Source of the DNA: an uncultured delta proteobacterium
GTDB lineage: Bacteria > Myxococcota_A > Polyangia > Polyangiales > Polyangiaceae
Assembly: GCA_963850305.1 (NCBI GenBank)
Contig: CAWKKR010000008.1
Span: 960,001 to 1,024,000, forward strand
Direction: 5' to 3'
Length of the DNA: 64,000 nucleotides
Part shown: positions 51,659 through 62,715 of the stretch, piece after piece
Layout of the letters: every line of letters starts with the position of its first letter
Numbering within the stretch: the first letter of the stretch is position 1
Notes under the pieces: model-generated
What the model saw: the letters and a program-made list of their open reading frames with translations, nothing else
What the model was told of the DNA's origin: nothing
The model's database searches: none
Translations under genes and position numbers: made by a program

Positions 51659-52255
51659 ATGCCTCACGAAGCCTGGCTCATCGATCTCGACGGGACGCTT
51701 TATCATCCCCTTCCCGTGAAGGCGGCAATCGCCGCCGAACTCGTCATCGGGGGGCGTGCAGCGATCGCGATTCTGCGACAATTCCGGCACGAGCACGAGC
51801 GACTGCGGGACGACCCCGGCGATGACTCTAGCCCGTACCGCGTTCAGCTCGAGCGGACGGCGCACGCCGTCGGCGTGGGGGTGGAAGACGTGACGGCGCA
51901 CGTCTCGGAATGGATGCACGTGCGTCCGGGAAAGTGGATCCGGGTCTTCCGAAGGCGAGCCCTCCTGGCCGAGATTCGCGACTTTCGTCAGCGGGGTGGG
52001 CGGACTGCACTGGTGACGGACTATCCGGCGACGAAAAAACTCGAGGCACTGGGCGTGCCCGACCTGTTCGAGATCGTCGTCGCAAACGGAGAACCAGGCG
52101 GTCCCTCGCGGCTGAAGCCGCACCCGGAAGGGTACCTCCTGGCCGCAACGCGCCTCGGTATTTGCGCCGAAAAGTGCCTGGTCATCGGAGATCGCGCGGA
52201 CGCGGACGGCGTCGCCGCGCAGGCGGCGAAGATGGACTTTCGGCGAATCGTCTGA
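51659..52255 (+). CDS. HAD family hydrolase
   Basis: DLDGTL, KPHPE, IGDR..D. Confidence 0.9.
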   Translation: MPHEAWLIDLDGTLYHPLPVKAAIAAELVIGGRAAIAILRQFRHEHERLRDDPGDDSSPYRVQLERTAHAVGVGVEDVTAHVSEWMHVRPGKWIRVFRRRALLAEIRDFRQRGGRTALVTDYPATKKLEALGVPDLFEIVVANGEPGGPSRLKPHPEGYLLAATRLGICAEKCLVIGDRADADGVAAQAAKMDFRRIV

Positions 52256-52276
52256 CGCTCGTATCGACGCGACAGC

Positions 52277-54430
52277 TCACGCTGCGACGCCGCGAAGCTT
52301 CGGATTCCAGAGAGTCACGCGATTTCTGCCCTCACGCTTCGACACGTAGAGGGCCTGATCCGTGGCCTTGAACAAGGTCTCCCAGTCCGAGCCCGCGCGC
52401 GGAAATGTCGCGGCACCGATCGAGCACGTGACGGACAGCGCCCCACCCTTCACGTGGAACGTCGTGGTCTCGAGCTCCGCGCGGATGCGTTCCGCGAGGA
52501 GCTCCGCGCCCTTGGCATCGGTGTCCTCGCACACGAGCACGAATTCTTCGCCGCCGAACCGACCGACCGCGTCGATGTCCCGCTTCGTGCGACGGAGCAC
52601 GTCGGCGAAGCCCTTGATCACGACGTCGCCCACGTCGTGCCCGTGCGTGTCGTTGACCTTCTTGAAGTGGTCGATGTCGCAAACGAGGACGCTGAGCGGC
52701 TTTTCGAGCCGGAGGGCCGAGCGGAGCTTCTGCTTCCCGAGCTCGGCTATGGTGCGCTTGTTGTAGAGTCCCGTGAGGCCGTCGGTGGTGGCTAGATCTT
52801 CGAGACGTTTCACCATTCGCGCGTTCGCGAGAGACACCGCGATGTGACGAGCGAGCACTTCGAGCGTGGGCCGAACCAAGTCGCCGAACGCGGCCTTCTG
52901 ATTCGAACCGAGGACGAGCGCGCCGAGCGCGTTGTCGTGGACCAGGAGCGGCAGGACGACCAGAGACGGCATGTCCGGCGGGCGGATCCGTCGAGTGAAG
53001 ACGACCTGTCGGAGCGGATCGTAATCGCCGCGATATGGAAGCGGGTGCTTGTTGGCGACGACCATCGACACGAGCCCGTTGTTGTGGCGAAAAGTCTGCC
53101 CGACGAGCTCGCGCGCCCCTTCTCCACTCGCGGCGCAGATTTCGTGGCTTCCCTGCTGGCCCTCGCGATGAAACAACGTCACGACGGCGAAATCGAATGC
53201 CGCAAACTCCCGCGCACTGCTGACGCCCGCTTCGATGACCTCCGACTCGGTGGTCGCTGCGGCCAGTAGATCGACGGCGCGGTACAGTTTGCCTTGCTCG
53301 ATCTTCGCCCGCTCGAGCTGAACGAACACCCGCTCGTTCTCGATGGTCCTGAGCACGAACTCCGCCACGCCGGCGAGCAACCGCTGGTCCTTCTCGCCGA
53401 ATCCTTCGGGCGTCGTGCGGTCCACGACGAGGAGCCCTCGAGCTTGCCCGTGCTCCTGAACCGGAACGACGCACACTGACTCGATGGGTGGCGTGACACC
53501 GTAGAACGGGACGTGCTTCCGCGCCCTGCCGTCCGTGAGCGACACGGGTTCGTTGCTCTTCAAGGCCGCACCGAACAACCCTTCTCTCGCCCGAAAGGGT
53601 CCTCTGTCGATGGACGGGTCGTCCGTGGAAATTTCTCGGACGGTGAGCGCTTGCCCGCCCTCCGTTGCCCAGAGAAGCACGGCGCTGCGCACGGAGAGCG
53701 CCCTTCGAACGAGCCCGAGCGCGAACTCGAGCGTGGCGTGGATCTGATCGACGCTCGAGCGCAGGAGCCGATCCGGATCGCCTCGCGGCACGGACGCCAT
53801 CGGACTCGACAGAGGTTCGACCGCCGACGTGGGAGCGCCGATGAGCCGGTACGAACGAGCGTCGTCCCGCATACGCTGCATCTCGCCCTCGAGTCGGGCG
53901 CGCGACAGTCGCCGGAGCCGGGCGATCTCCGCGCGGAATACGAGCAGGTTGAGCGCCGCAAAGCCGACGATGAGCGCCGCGTGAGGGAGCAACTCGGTCG
54001 CGGGGCGGGACAGCGCGTAGCGATCCAGCGCCCACTCGAGCGCGATTGCGAACGCGACGGTTCCAGCGGCAGCCCACGCCCGGGCGAACGCGGCGGCGAG
54101 CATCACGAGCGAGTACACGGCGGGGTAGTACGGGCCGCCCAGCGAATCCGGGGCGCAGAGGACGGCCGCGTAGGTCAAGACAGTGAGATGAGTGAATAGC
54201 TCGAGGTCCAGGCGCGCCGTGTCGCGCGGCAAGATCCGGCGCAAGCGCCGGACCGCGCGAGCACCGAGCGATACGAGGAACAACCCGGACAGCACGAGAA
54301 CCCACGGGGGCGACGCGGAGCCCGCAAAGACGTAAACGAGACAGGCGCCGAAGCCGAGTGCCGTCAGGGTACCTGCGCCGCGAGCCACGAGCTGCTGCAA
54401 CGTCAGCGCTGCGCGGACGAGCGGGTCCAT
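52277..54430 (-). CDS. Membrane diguanylate cyclase with two GAF domains
   Basis: TM region; TDGLTGLYN, DIDHFKKVND, RxxD I-site, GGEEF. Confidence 0.93.
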   Translation of the reverse strand: MDPLVRAALTLQQLVARGAGTLTALGFGACLVYVFAGSASPPWVLVLSGLFLVSLGARAVRRLRRILPRDTARLDLELFTHLTVLTYAAVLCAPDSLGGPYYPAVYSLVMLAAAFARAWAAAGTVAFAIALEWALDRYALSRPATELLPHAALIVGFAALNLLVFRAEIARLRRLSRARLEGEMQRMRDDARSYRLIGAPTSAVEPLSSPMASVPRGDPDRLLRSSVDQIHATLEFALGLVRRALSVRSAVLLWATEGGQALTVREISTDDPSIDRGPFRAREGLFGAALKSNEPVSLTDGRARKHVPFYGVTPPIESVCVVPVQEHGQARGLLVVDRTTPEGFGEKDQRLLAGVAEFVLRTIENERVFVQLERAKIEQGKLYRAVDLLAAATTESEVIEAGVSSAREFAAFDFAVVTLFHREGQQGSHEICAASGEGARELVGQTFRHNNGLVSMVVANKHPLPYRGDYDPLRQVVFTRRIRPPDMPSLVVLPLLVHDNALGALVLGSNQKAAFGDLVRPTLEVLARHIAVSLANARMVKRLEDLATTDGLTGLYNKRTIAELGKQKLRSALRLEKPLSVLVCDIDHFKKVNDTHGHDVGDVVIKGFADVLRRTKRDIDAVGRFGGEEFVLVCEDTDAKGAELLAERIRAELETTTFHVKGGALSVTCSIGAATFPRAGSDWETLFKATDQALYVSKREGRNRVTLWNPKLRGVAA

Positions 54431-54507
54431 CCAATCGGGCCGTAACAGAGCCTGTTCGTCACGGCCCACTTTCCGGAATGCCGCCGATGTGGGACACGTG
54501 ACGAGGA

Positions 54508-55956
54508 GTGCGCCCGGGTCTACGGCTCCAGATTCTGTTGCTCCTCGGCGGTCTGTTGCTGGCCGCGTTTCTGCCCCTATTTTTCGCCGTGTCCACGTAC
54601 ACGCGGTTCACGCTTCGTGAAGTGCGGGCGACGTCCGCGCGGGCCCTCGGCCGCGCGATCGCCGGTCAGGTGTCGGAGGCCCGCGCGCGACGCCCTGCAC
54701 GCGAGCTGGCCCCGTTGCTCGCCGCGCATCTCGGTCCGACGGGCGTGGAGGCCCTCGAGCTCCTCGACGGGTCGGGAAACGTGGTGACACGGGTCGGCGA
54801 TGCGGCAGCGCTCTCCTCGATGGAGCGCGTCGACCCTCGACGAGAAGCGATCCAGCATCTCGAGACCGCTCGCGGGCGGGCCATCGCGGTGGTCGTTCCC
54901 GACTCGCAAGGGGCCGTCGTCGCGGTACTCCGCACGGACGAGGAGTCGACACGTGTCGAACCGCTCGTACGCCTCTCCGGGCTCTACATGGGGCTCGTCG
55001 CTCTCGCCTTGCTGGTGGTGTCGTACTTCGCCCTGACGTGGATCATCGTGGGACCCCTCGACGATCTGTCGCGCGCTGCGCAACGCGTCGCAACGGGCGC
55101 TCGACGGCTCGAAGTACCGAAGAGCGGAGCGCGAGAGCTCGTCGAGCTCGGTACGAGCCTCCAAACGATGACCGAACGACTCTTGAACGAAGAAGAGGCG
55201 CTCAGAACCAAGATCGACGAGGTCGAGCGAGCAACGGCGAGCCTCCGGGAAACCCAGGACCGCCTCGTCCGTTCCGAACAGCTCGCATCCGTGGGGCGGC
55301 TCGCAGCCGGTCTCGCGCACGAGGTCGGTAATCCCATCGCCGCGATCCTGGGAATGCAGGACCTGCTGCTGGAGGGCGGCCTGTCGGAATCGGAGACGCG
55401 CGACTTCCTCGTCCGGATGCACGGCGAGACGGAACGGATCAACAAGATCCTCAGGGATCTGCTGGATTTCGCGCGACCCTCGGCGAAGAAGATCGACGCG
55501 ATGGAATCCGGCAGCATCGAGGCCGCCGTGCGCGACACCATCGCGCTCGTGGCTCCGCAGAGGTCCCTTCGCGACGTCGCTCTTGCCGCGGATCTTCCTC
55601 CGGCATTGCCGAACGTGACGCTGTCGCGCGAACATCTGGTGCAGGTGTTGCTCAATCTCATCCTGAACGCCGCCGATGCCTGTGGCGCGGGAGGCCACGT
55701 CGCCGTGCGCGCGACGGTCACCGGAAGCAACGTGCGCGTGGTTGTCGAGGACGACGGCCCGGGCGTCCCGGTCGAAGTCCAGAGTCGCCTGTTCGAACCG
55801 TTCGTGACCACCAAGGAGGTCGGAAAGGGCACCGGGCTGGGACTCGCAGTCTGCCGCGGTCTGGTCGAGGGCGCGGGCGGCGCCATCGCGCTGGACGCGG
55901 GTTATTCCGGCGGCGCGAGATTCGTGATGGACCTGCCGCGCGCCGCGGACTCGTGA
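54508..55956 (+). CDS. HAMP-domain sensor histidine kinase
   Basis: AHEVGNP, QVLLNLILNA, DDGPG, FVTTKEVGKGTGLGL. Confidence 0.93.
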   Translation: MRPGLRLQILLLLGGLLLAAFLPLFFAVSTYTRFTLREVRATSARALGRAIAGQVSEARARRPARELAPLLAAHLGPTGVEALELLDGSGNVVTRVGDAAALSSMERVDPRREAIQHLETARGRAIAVVVPDSQGAVVAVLRTDEESTRVEPLVRLSGLYMGLVALALLVVSYFALTWIIVGPLDDLSRAAQRVATGARRLEVPKSGARELVELGTSLQTMTERLLNEEEALRTKIDEVERATASLRETQDRLVRSEQLASVGRLAAGLAHEVGNPIAAILGMQDLLLEGGLSESETRDFLVRMHGETERINKILRDLLDFARPSAKKIDAMESGSIEAAVRDTIALVAPQRSLRDVALAADLPPALPNVTLSREHLVQVLLNLILNAADACGAGGHVAVRATVTGSNVRVVVEDDGPGVPVEVQSRLFEPFVTTKEVGKGTGLGLAVCRGLVEGAGGAIALDAGYSGGARFVMDLPRAADS

Positions 55957-55984
55957 CGGACTGGTCGTTCCCGCGGACCTCGGT

Positions 55985-57766
55985 TCACCCCGGGGCGGGC
56001 TGGGGCGGCCCGGACGACGACGACTGGCTGCTGCGGCGCTCGACGATATACGCGCTCCTTCGAAGCTCCGCCGTCCGTTGCTTCACCTTCTTCTTCAGCG
56101 ACGCGGCGAGCTGACTCAGGATCGCGGGATGCAAGTCCTCGCCGATTCGATGACGATCGATGAGCGCGAGACTCAGTGTGACGAGCGGCACCTGTTCCAC
56201 GTCACCACGACGGTTCGTGGCGACGATGTAGCCCCGGCGGAGGTCATCGGCGTCGAAGAGCGCAGCCTTCTCCTCGTCGAACTTGGCGCACGCGCTCTGG
56301 AGCGCGGCCTCGTTCAATCCTTCCGGAAACACTGCCACGAAGTCGTCGCCGCCGATGTGGCCGAGCCGCGCCGCGGGGCAATCGACGACGAGCGTTCGCG
56401 ACAGGATCCGCGCCGCAAGACGGATGAGCTCGTCGCCCATGATGAACCCGTAACGGTCGTTGTACTCCTTGAAGCGATCCAGGTCGGCATAGAGAACGGC
56501 CCATGTCGGGATCTCGGTACCCTCGTGAATCCAGCGAAGGATCGCCCGATTGCCGGGCAGTCCCGTCAGTGGGCTCGCGCCCTGGGCGCTACGCACCTGG
56601 AGCTCCACGGAGCGCTTGATGAGCGCCTTCATGCGGACCGTGCCGACGAGCGCGCCGGTCGCGTCGACGACCAGCACCGGGTCGTAGAGATCCCCTGCCG
56701 CACGATCCATCGCCCGCGTCGCGAGCGTCGTGACGGGCGTCCCGAGGCCGACCGAGAGGGGCTGCGCTTTTGCCACGCGCTCGGCCGGTTTGAACTGACG
56801 AAGCGCATACCCGTATCGACCGGCGAGCTTCGCGGCGAGGTCCTCGCGCGTGACGAGCCCGCGCGGCAAGGCACCCTCGAGCAGCACGACGTGATCCGTC
56901 CTCGGTGAGTCGCGAAAGACGGACTCGATCTGCTCGACGGTGATCGACCCGAGCGGATAGACCACGGCAGGTTCGAGCAATGAGTCGATGGTCTCGTCCG
57001 CGTCGCCGAGACCCACGTTGACCGCCCGCGCCAGCCGACGAAGCTTCACGCGCAGTTCCTCGGCCGGCACGGGAGGCTCCCCGGCGGGACGCGCGAGCAG
57101 AAAACCCTGCGCGTACCGCACGCCGAGTCGCAGGAGTGCTTCGAGCTCTTCCCAGGTCTCCACCCCTTCGGCGACGAGGCGCGAGTCCACACTCGCCGCA
57201 AATGCGTTCAGCGACCTCACGAGATGCCGCCGGTACGCGTGCCGGTGGACGTTCCGCACGACCTCCATGTCGAGCTTGATGTACTGGGGCGTCGTGCTGA
57301 TGAGGGCAATGAGTCCCGAGTGTCCGGAACCGAAGTCGTCCACCGCGAACTGGAAACCCTGCCTCGAATAATGTTCGATGACCGCCTGGAACCGGTCGTG
57401 GTCGACGATCGACGTCTTCTCCGTGATCTCGATCACTATTCGCGACGGGTCTATGCCGTGGAGCCGCAGCTGCGCGAGCGTGAAACCTTCGATGAACCGC
57501 GGATCTTCGATGACATCCGGGCTCACGTTCAGAAAGAACAGGCCCGGGATCTTCGTCAATCGCGCAATGGCGCCAATCGCCGCCAGTCGGCACGCGCGTT
57601 CGACCTCCCACGCACCGTGGGTCGCGCGTGCGGAGCGCAGAAACGCATCCGCGGAGTCCTCGTGACCCTCGCCTCGCGACAGGACCTCGTATCCGATGGG
57701 TTCACCGATGATCAGATCGACGACCGGCTGGAACACGGAATGAATTCGCAGATCGGTTCCTGTCAC
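55985..57766 (-). CDS. EAL-CBS-GGDEF c-di-GMP enzyme (start uncertain)
   Basis: FQPVV, YEVLSR, DDFGSG, AEGVET; SPLTGLPGN, GHIGGDDF. Confidence 0.9.
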   Translation of the reverse strand: MTGTDLRIHSVFQPVVDLIIGEPIGYEVLSRGEGHEDSADAFLRSARATHGAWEVERACRLAAIGAIARLTKIPGLFFLNVSPDVIEDPRFIEGFTLAQLRLHGIDPSRIVIEITEKTSIVDHDRFQAVIEHYSRQGFQFAVDDFGSGHSGLIALISTTPQYIKLDMEVVRNVHRHAYRRHLVRSLNAFAASVDSRLVAEGVETWEELEALLRLGVRYAQGFLLARPAGEPPVPAEELRVKLRRLARAVNVGLGDADETIDSLLEPAVVYPLGSITVEQIESVFRDSPRTDHVVLLEGALPRGLVTREDLAAKLAGRYGYALRQFKPAERVAKAQPLSVGLGTPVTTLATRAMDRAAGDLYDPVLVVDATGALVGTVRMKALIKRSVELQVRSAQGASPLTGLPGNRAILRWIHEGTEIPTWAVLYADLDRFKEYNDRYGFIMGDELIRLAARILSRTLVVDCPAARLGHIGGDDFVAVFPEGLNEAALQSACAKFDEEKAALFDADDLRRGYIVATNRRGDVEQVPLVTLSLALIDRHRIGEDLHPAILSQLAASLKKKVKQRTAELRRSAYIVERRSSQSSSSGPPQPAPG

Positions 57767-57940
57767 GCGACGCGCTCCGGAGTGCCCGAGTCCAACCTCT
57801 GATGATCGCCGTTCGAGACGGCGCCCCGGTGACATTCTGATGAACGCCACGTTTCTCGAGGTTCTTCGAATGTTCGGGGCGAACCACCCGGGAACACCGG
57901 CGCTTCACGACCGACGAGCGGTCCTGGTCGGACGTTTCGG

Positions 57941-58027
57941 CGGAGGAGGAGGGATTCGAACCCACGGATGACTTTCGCCATCGCCCGTTTTCAAGACGGG
58001 TGCCTTCAGCCACTCGGCCACTCCTCC
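57941..58027 (-). tRNA. tRNA-Ser(UGA)
   Basis: GGAGGAG acceptor stem, anticodon loop CT-TGA-AA, long variable arm, GGTTCGAATCC; CCA not encoded. Confidence 0.96.
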
Positions 58028-58099
58028 GGGGAGCGCGGCCTTTGTAGCATGGCCACCCGGAGATCGCTGCGAGCGGGCCTCGAATCGGCGCGAGCCAGC

Positions 58100-61006
58100 T
58101 CAGTGTCGAACCTGCTCCCGGCGCACACGCAGCGAGATCTTCGTCCCCCCCCGGGCAACGGACAGGATCACGTCGGATCCCTCCGGGCCTGGCAGACGAC
58201 GTTCCGCGTCGACGAGCGACGCGGGAGCCTCGCCGTCGATCCCCTCCAGCTCGTCGCCCGACGACACCCCCGCCCGCTCCGCTTCGCTCGATGGCGCGAC
58301 GCTCGAGATCACGATGTGTCCGCCCGACTCTGCCGCAAGCGTGACCGCGACGCCGCCGGTGGCGGCCGATTCCACGGACCTCGAGGCGACGAGACGGATG
58401 ACGATGTCGTCGGTCGTGCGACCCGAGTCGACGACTATGGCCGTCGTGCGACCTACCGCCGTCCCCGCGACCGCCGCGAGGTCGATCTTTCCGGGCCGAA
58501 GGCGGTCGAGATGGAACGAGCCGTCCGCGGCGCTCACGACCTCGCGCGCGGAGTGAAAACCGATCGGAACGACCGCGTCCACGGCGCCCACACCGACGCG
58601 AGCTCCGGCCACCGATCTACCGTCGGCGTCGATGACGCGACCTTCGACGGCGCCGGGGTCGGCAAGGTCGATCGCATCCACGTCGAAGGCGCGATCCGCG
58701 CGACCCGTCGGAGCGATACGCACGTCGGCGTCGGTGATCGCGAAGTCCGGGTGCGATACGGTGAGGTGCGCCGCACCCGGAATGACGTCCGTGAATCGAT
58801 ACGTCCCGGCCGCGTCGGTGACCGTGCGGCGTCTCCGTCCGTCGGAGAGAAGCTCGACCGTCGCACCCGCGACGTCCCTCCGCCCTCGAACGGCGGTGAC
58901 GTGACCTTCCACGAGGACGCCGCTCACGAGGTCCACCACGAGCTTCGCGGGGGCATGGGCGAGCTGACGCACCGCGCGTGCGAAACCGGGTGCCTCGACC
59001 TGGATTCGAACCGGCAGCCCCACGGCGTCGGCGATTTGGGCTCGCCCCGCATCGTCGCTGAACGCGCTGACGCGGAGCGGGCGCTCGGCGTCCAGGGACA
59101 GTGCCGTCACCTCTGCCATCTTCACGGGATTCCCCGATTCGTCTTCGAGGGAGACCTCGAGCGGCTCGCGCGGCGCCGGAAGTTCGAGCTCGAGCTCGAG
59201 CTTCTTTCCATCCGGGATGGTGAGCCCCTTCCGGATGACGGCGCGAAACGGTTCGTCCGGACGCGCGACCGTCAAGCTCACCTCCGTCGGCAGCGTGGCG
59301 AACGCAAACGTGCCGTCGTCCGCCGTGGTGGTCGCGCGACTTCCCGGTCCTTCGAGCGCAGAGACTTCCACGCGCGCGCCCGCCACGGGAACGCCGTATT
59401 CGTCGACGAGGGTGCCCTCGATCGATCCACCGTCGCGGAGAACAACGTGGACCGTGGCCGTCGTTCCGGCGCTCAGTGTGACCACGTCACTGGTCGTCTC
59501 GACATAGGACGGATGATGAACGAGGGCGCGCACGCGCCCTGGCGAGACCGGGCTAGCGCGGAATGTTCCGTCAGCTCCCGTCGTCCACGGCTCCGGCGCT
59601 GCTGCGCTGGTGGCGTCATCGCCCTGGTCGCTCGTTGGAATCGGTGGAATGGCGCCGAGCATGACGCCGAGGTCCCCGGACGGCAGAAGCGGCGAAGGCC
59701 CCGGGAGCGACCACGCAAAGTGTGCGCGCTGAAACTCATCGAACAGGGGTGTCGCGGTGATCGGCATTCCATCGAGGTCGGTGCCGATGATCTCGATCGT
59801 CGCCCCTTCGACCGGACGCCCATCGGCATCGACGACATCGCCGCGCACGACCGCTCCCCGGAGCAATGCGATCCGCACTTCTGTCGCGGCACCCTCCGGA
59901 ACGGCAACGGTATCGCGCGCAATGAACCCGTCGGCGCGCGCCGAGACCACTGCGGGCCCTCGCGCGATCGGCCCGAGGGTGACGGAGCCGAATCGATTGG
60001 AACGCCCCTGAAGGGGAAACGAGCTGACCCCGCCCTCGACGAGCCAGACGTCGGCGTCCGGAACCACCACCGGATGGTCGCCGTCTCCGTCGGTCACGAC
60101 CACCGGGATCATGCGTCCCGGCTCGAGAGCGAGCGTCGTGGTGCGCGGCGAGCCCTGCTCGACCCGCACGCCCATCTCCGTCGGTGAAACGCGCGAGCCC
60201 TGCTGCGCCTTGAGATCGTACGCACCAGGTTCGAGCCCGGCGATCTTTGCGTGGCCGTCCGGCCCCGACGCAAGCTGCCGTGCGGGCCACAAGCTCGGCC
60301 CTGCGACGAACACCGTCGCGCCGGGCACCCCCCTCCCTCTCTCATCGGCCACGAATACGTCGAGCGTACTGGCTTGCCGAAGGACGACCGTGACGTCGGA
60401 CGCGACGGACCGCGACTCGATCCCGTACCCTCGGGCCGCGACCTTGAGCTTCCACGGACCCGCGCCGAGTCCGCGAACGCTTGCCGAACCGGTGGAATCG
60501 GAGAGCGCGCCGAACGGCAAGGCGTCGTGGCCCGTCACGAGCACGGTCGCACCCGGAATCGGCGCGTGACGTTCGTCCTCGACGCGAATAGCGAGCGAGT
60601 GGCCGGGGAGTAACACGACGTCGAGTTCGCGCCTCGCCGCGACGACGATCGCCGTCGAGTGGCGCGCAAACCCGGGCGCATCCACCAGGACCCACGCGGC
60701 ACCCGACGGCAGGTGGTCGAACGTCGCATCGCCGCGACCATCGGACGTGACGCTTCCGGCAAGGTAGTACCGGTTTTCATCGACCCAGAACACGCGGACC
60801 GTCGCTCCGGAAACGGCAGCCGAATCTTCACGGCGAACGGAGACGATGAGCGAGCCGTCTCGGGTGACCGCTCCAGGCACCAGTCCCACGGCGGCGGTGA
60901 TCCCGCGAAGGGCGACGGACGCCGGAATCGACCCGAGGAACAGCAGGCACGCGAGCATCGCGACCCGGACAGCCGTGATTTCCGTGAGGGGTTTGACCGG
61001 GGTCAC
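58100..61006 (-). CDS. Carboxypeptidase-regulatory-like repeat protein with C-terminal PDZ (start uncertain)
   Basis: Repeated G.VVD..G.PV.GA.V modules; SEAERAGV..GD.L..IDG..GPEGS. Confidence 0.85.
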   Translation of the reverse strand: MTPVKPLTEITAVRVAMLACLLFLGSIPASVALRGITAAVGLVPGAVTRDGSLIVSVRREDSAAVSGATVRVFWVDENRYYLAGSVTSDGRGDATFDHLPSGAAWVLVDAPGFARHSTAIVVAARRELDVVLLPGHSLAIRVEDERHAPIPGATVLVTGHDALPFGALSDSTGSASVRGLGAGPWKLKVAARGYGIESRSVASDVTVVLRQASTLDVFVADERGRGVPGATVFVAGPSLWPARQLASGPDGHAKIAGLEPGAYDLKAQQGSRVSPTEMGVRVEQGSPRTTTLALEPGRMIPVVVTDGDGDHPVVVPDADVWLVEGGVSSFPLQGRSNRFGSVTLGPIARGPAVVSARADGFIARDTVAVPEGAATEVRIALLRGAVVRGDVVDADGRPVEGATIEIIGTDLDGMPITATPLFDEFQRAHFAWSLPGPSPLLPSGDLGVMLGAIPPIPTSDQGDDATSAAAPEPWTTGADGTFRASPVSPGRVRALVHHPSYVETTSDVVTLSAGTTATVHVVLRDGGSIEGTLVDEYGVPVAGARVEVSALEGPGSRATTTADDGTFAFATLPTEVSLTVARPDEPFRAVIRKGLTIPDGKKLELELELPAPREPLEVSLEDESGNPVKMAEVTALSLDAERPLRVSAFSDDAGRAQIADAVGLPVRIQVEAPGFARAVRQLAHAPAKLVVDLVSGVLVEGHVTAVRGRRDVAGATVELLSDGRRRRTVTDAAGTYRFTDVIPGAAHLTVSHPDFAITDADVRIAPTGRADRAFDVDAIDLADPGAVEGRVIDADGRSVAGARVGVGAVDAVVPIGFHSAREVVSAADGSFHLDRLRPGKIDLAAVAGTAVGRTTAIVVDSGRTTDDIVIRLVASRSVESAATGGVAVTLAAESGGHIVISSVAPSSEAERAGVSSGDELEGIDGEAPASLVDAERRLPGPEGSDVILSVARGGTKISLRVRREQVRH

Positions 61007-61065
61007 TGAACCGACGATAACGCCCAGGGGCAAAGGGCGCTTCCCCGAGCTATCCTGAGGGTTCG

Positions 61066-62283
61066 ATGAGCGTACTTCGCATGGGGTCGGCGCTGGTTCT
61101 TTCGGGCGCGCTCGTCGCTTGCGGCGATAGCCGGCCCCCCTTCGCAGGCTCCTATTCGCCGCCAAACACGGACGGCGGGATTCACGACAGCGGCCTGTTC
61201 ACTCTGATCACTCCTCCGGCACCCTCCGGCGATGCCGCGGGTTATTGCGGCGACCAGATCCTTCCCCTCGTCGAGAACCATCCGAACATCTATTTCGTTC
61301 TCGATGCTTCCGGGAGCATGTCCGACGGCATCGACGGACCCGGCACCCAGGCCAAGTACAGCGCGGCATTGTCCGCCATCTCGGGCCTGGTCCAGACGAT
61401 TGGGCCCCGTGCTTCCTTCGGCGCCGCCGTCTTTCCAGGCAACCCCGGCACCATCACGGATATCTGTCCGGTCGGAGTCCAGGTATTTCCGGCGACACCT
61501 GGGGACCCGGTGAACCTGACTCCCCGCGCTCCGATAGGGCCGATGCTTCGAGGGCTCCTGACCGCGCTCGGCCGTCATTCTCCCGACGGGCTCACGCCGA
61601 CCGCCGCGTCCCTGGAGGCGCTCAAGCCGAACCTGCTTGCGTTGAAGGGCACCACCTACGCGCTGCTGCTCACCGACGGAGCGCCGAACTGCGACGCTGC
61701 TTTCGCCTGCGACGCGGCGGACTGCACCGTCAACATCGAAGGCCCCCCCGATCCGTGCGGCGCGCCCGCGGGCGTGAGCTGTTGCCAGCCCGCCTATGGA
61801 TACGACTACACCGATTGCCTCGACGCGAACGCGACCGTCAATGCCATCGCCGACCTCGCCGCCAATGGCATCAAGACGTATGTGGTCGGCATGCCCGGCA
61901 CGAGCTTTTACACGGCCCTGCTCGACAGAATGGCGTTCGTGGGCGGCACGGCGCGAACCGGCGCAACGGAATACTACCCGGTCACCGGCTCGTCGGACCT
62001 CGCGTCGACGCTCGAGGGCATCGGTGTTTCCGTCGCAATCAGCTGCGACATCCCGCTGAAAGAGAAACCTCCCGATCCGAACCTCGTCAACGTGTACTTC
62101 GATTTGACGTACGTGCCCTCCGATCCGGACAATGGCTGGACGTGGGTGAGCGAGGACGCTTCGGTCGACGCGTCCACGGGAACGGACGTCGTTCGCCTGG
62201 TCGGGAACGCCTGCACCGCGCTGAAATCGGGCGCCGTGGGTCAGGTACAGGTGGTGGCCGGCTGTCCCACGAAAACCCGCTGA
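61066..62283 (+). CDS. vWA-domain lipoprotein (CglB-like)
   Basis: LVAC lipobox; MIDAS DASGS, TPT, LLTDGAPNC, TYVVG. Confidence 0.85.
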   Translation: MSVLRMGSALVLSGALVACGDSRPPFAGSYSPPNTDGGIHDSGLFTLITPPAPSGDAAGYCGDQILPLVENHPNIYFVLDASGSMSDGIDGPGTQAKYSAALSAISGLVQTIGPRASFGAAVFPGNPGTITDICPVGVQVFPATPGDPVNLTPRAPIGPMLRGLLTALGRHSPDGLTPTAASLEALKPNLLALKGTTYALLLTDGAPNCDAAFACDAADCTVNIEGPPDPCGAPAGVSCCQPAYGYDYTDCLDANATVNAIADLAANGIKTYVVGMPGTSFYTALLDRMAFVGGTARTGATEYYPVTGSSDLASTLEGIGVSVAISCDIPLKEKPPDPNLVNVYFDLTYVPSDPDNGWTWVSEDASVDASTGTDVVRLVGNACTALKSGAVGQVQVVAGCPTKTR

Positions 62284-62303
62284 CCATCGACGCCCTGGCG
62301 GTC

Positions 62304-62654
62304 AGTACTTCCGCATCGACGAGCACGTCGTCCCCGAGGATTGAAAGCGGTACGGAACTACCGAGCGCAGCGAGTACCGGGGGGCGGGGTTGCGAAGCAA
62401 GCCCCGGGGGGCGGGCAACGCCCCCCTTTCCTAGTACTTCCGCATCGACGAGCACGTCGTCCCCGAGGATTGAAAGCGGTACGGAACTACCGAGCGCAGC
62501 GAGTACCGGGGGGCGGGGTTGCGAAGCAAGCCCCGGGGGGCGGGCAACGCCCCCTTTCTTAGTATGTGCCCATCGGCGAACACGCCGTCCCCGAGGGATG
62601 AAACGAGCGGCACCACGCGAGCGGAGCGAGCCGCGGGGGCAAGGCCCCCTTTCT
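62304..62654. repeat. Tandem ~129-bp palindromic repeats (2 near-identical, 1 degenerate)
   Basis: agtacttccgcatcgacgagcacgtcgtccccgaggattg... at 62304 and 62433; variant at 62561. Confidence 0.9.
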
Positions 62655-62715
62655 TGGGAGCACGCGGAAACTGCCGCGGCTCGCGATTTTCGGGACGGGG
62701 CGGTACCATGATTGA

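Noticed and set aside
57941..58027. tRNA as integration site of an island
   Set aside because: No duplicated tRNA 3' end or adjacent integrase seen.
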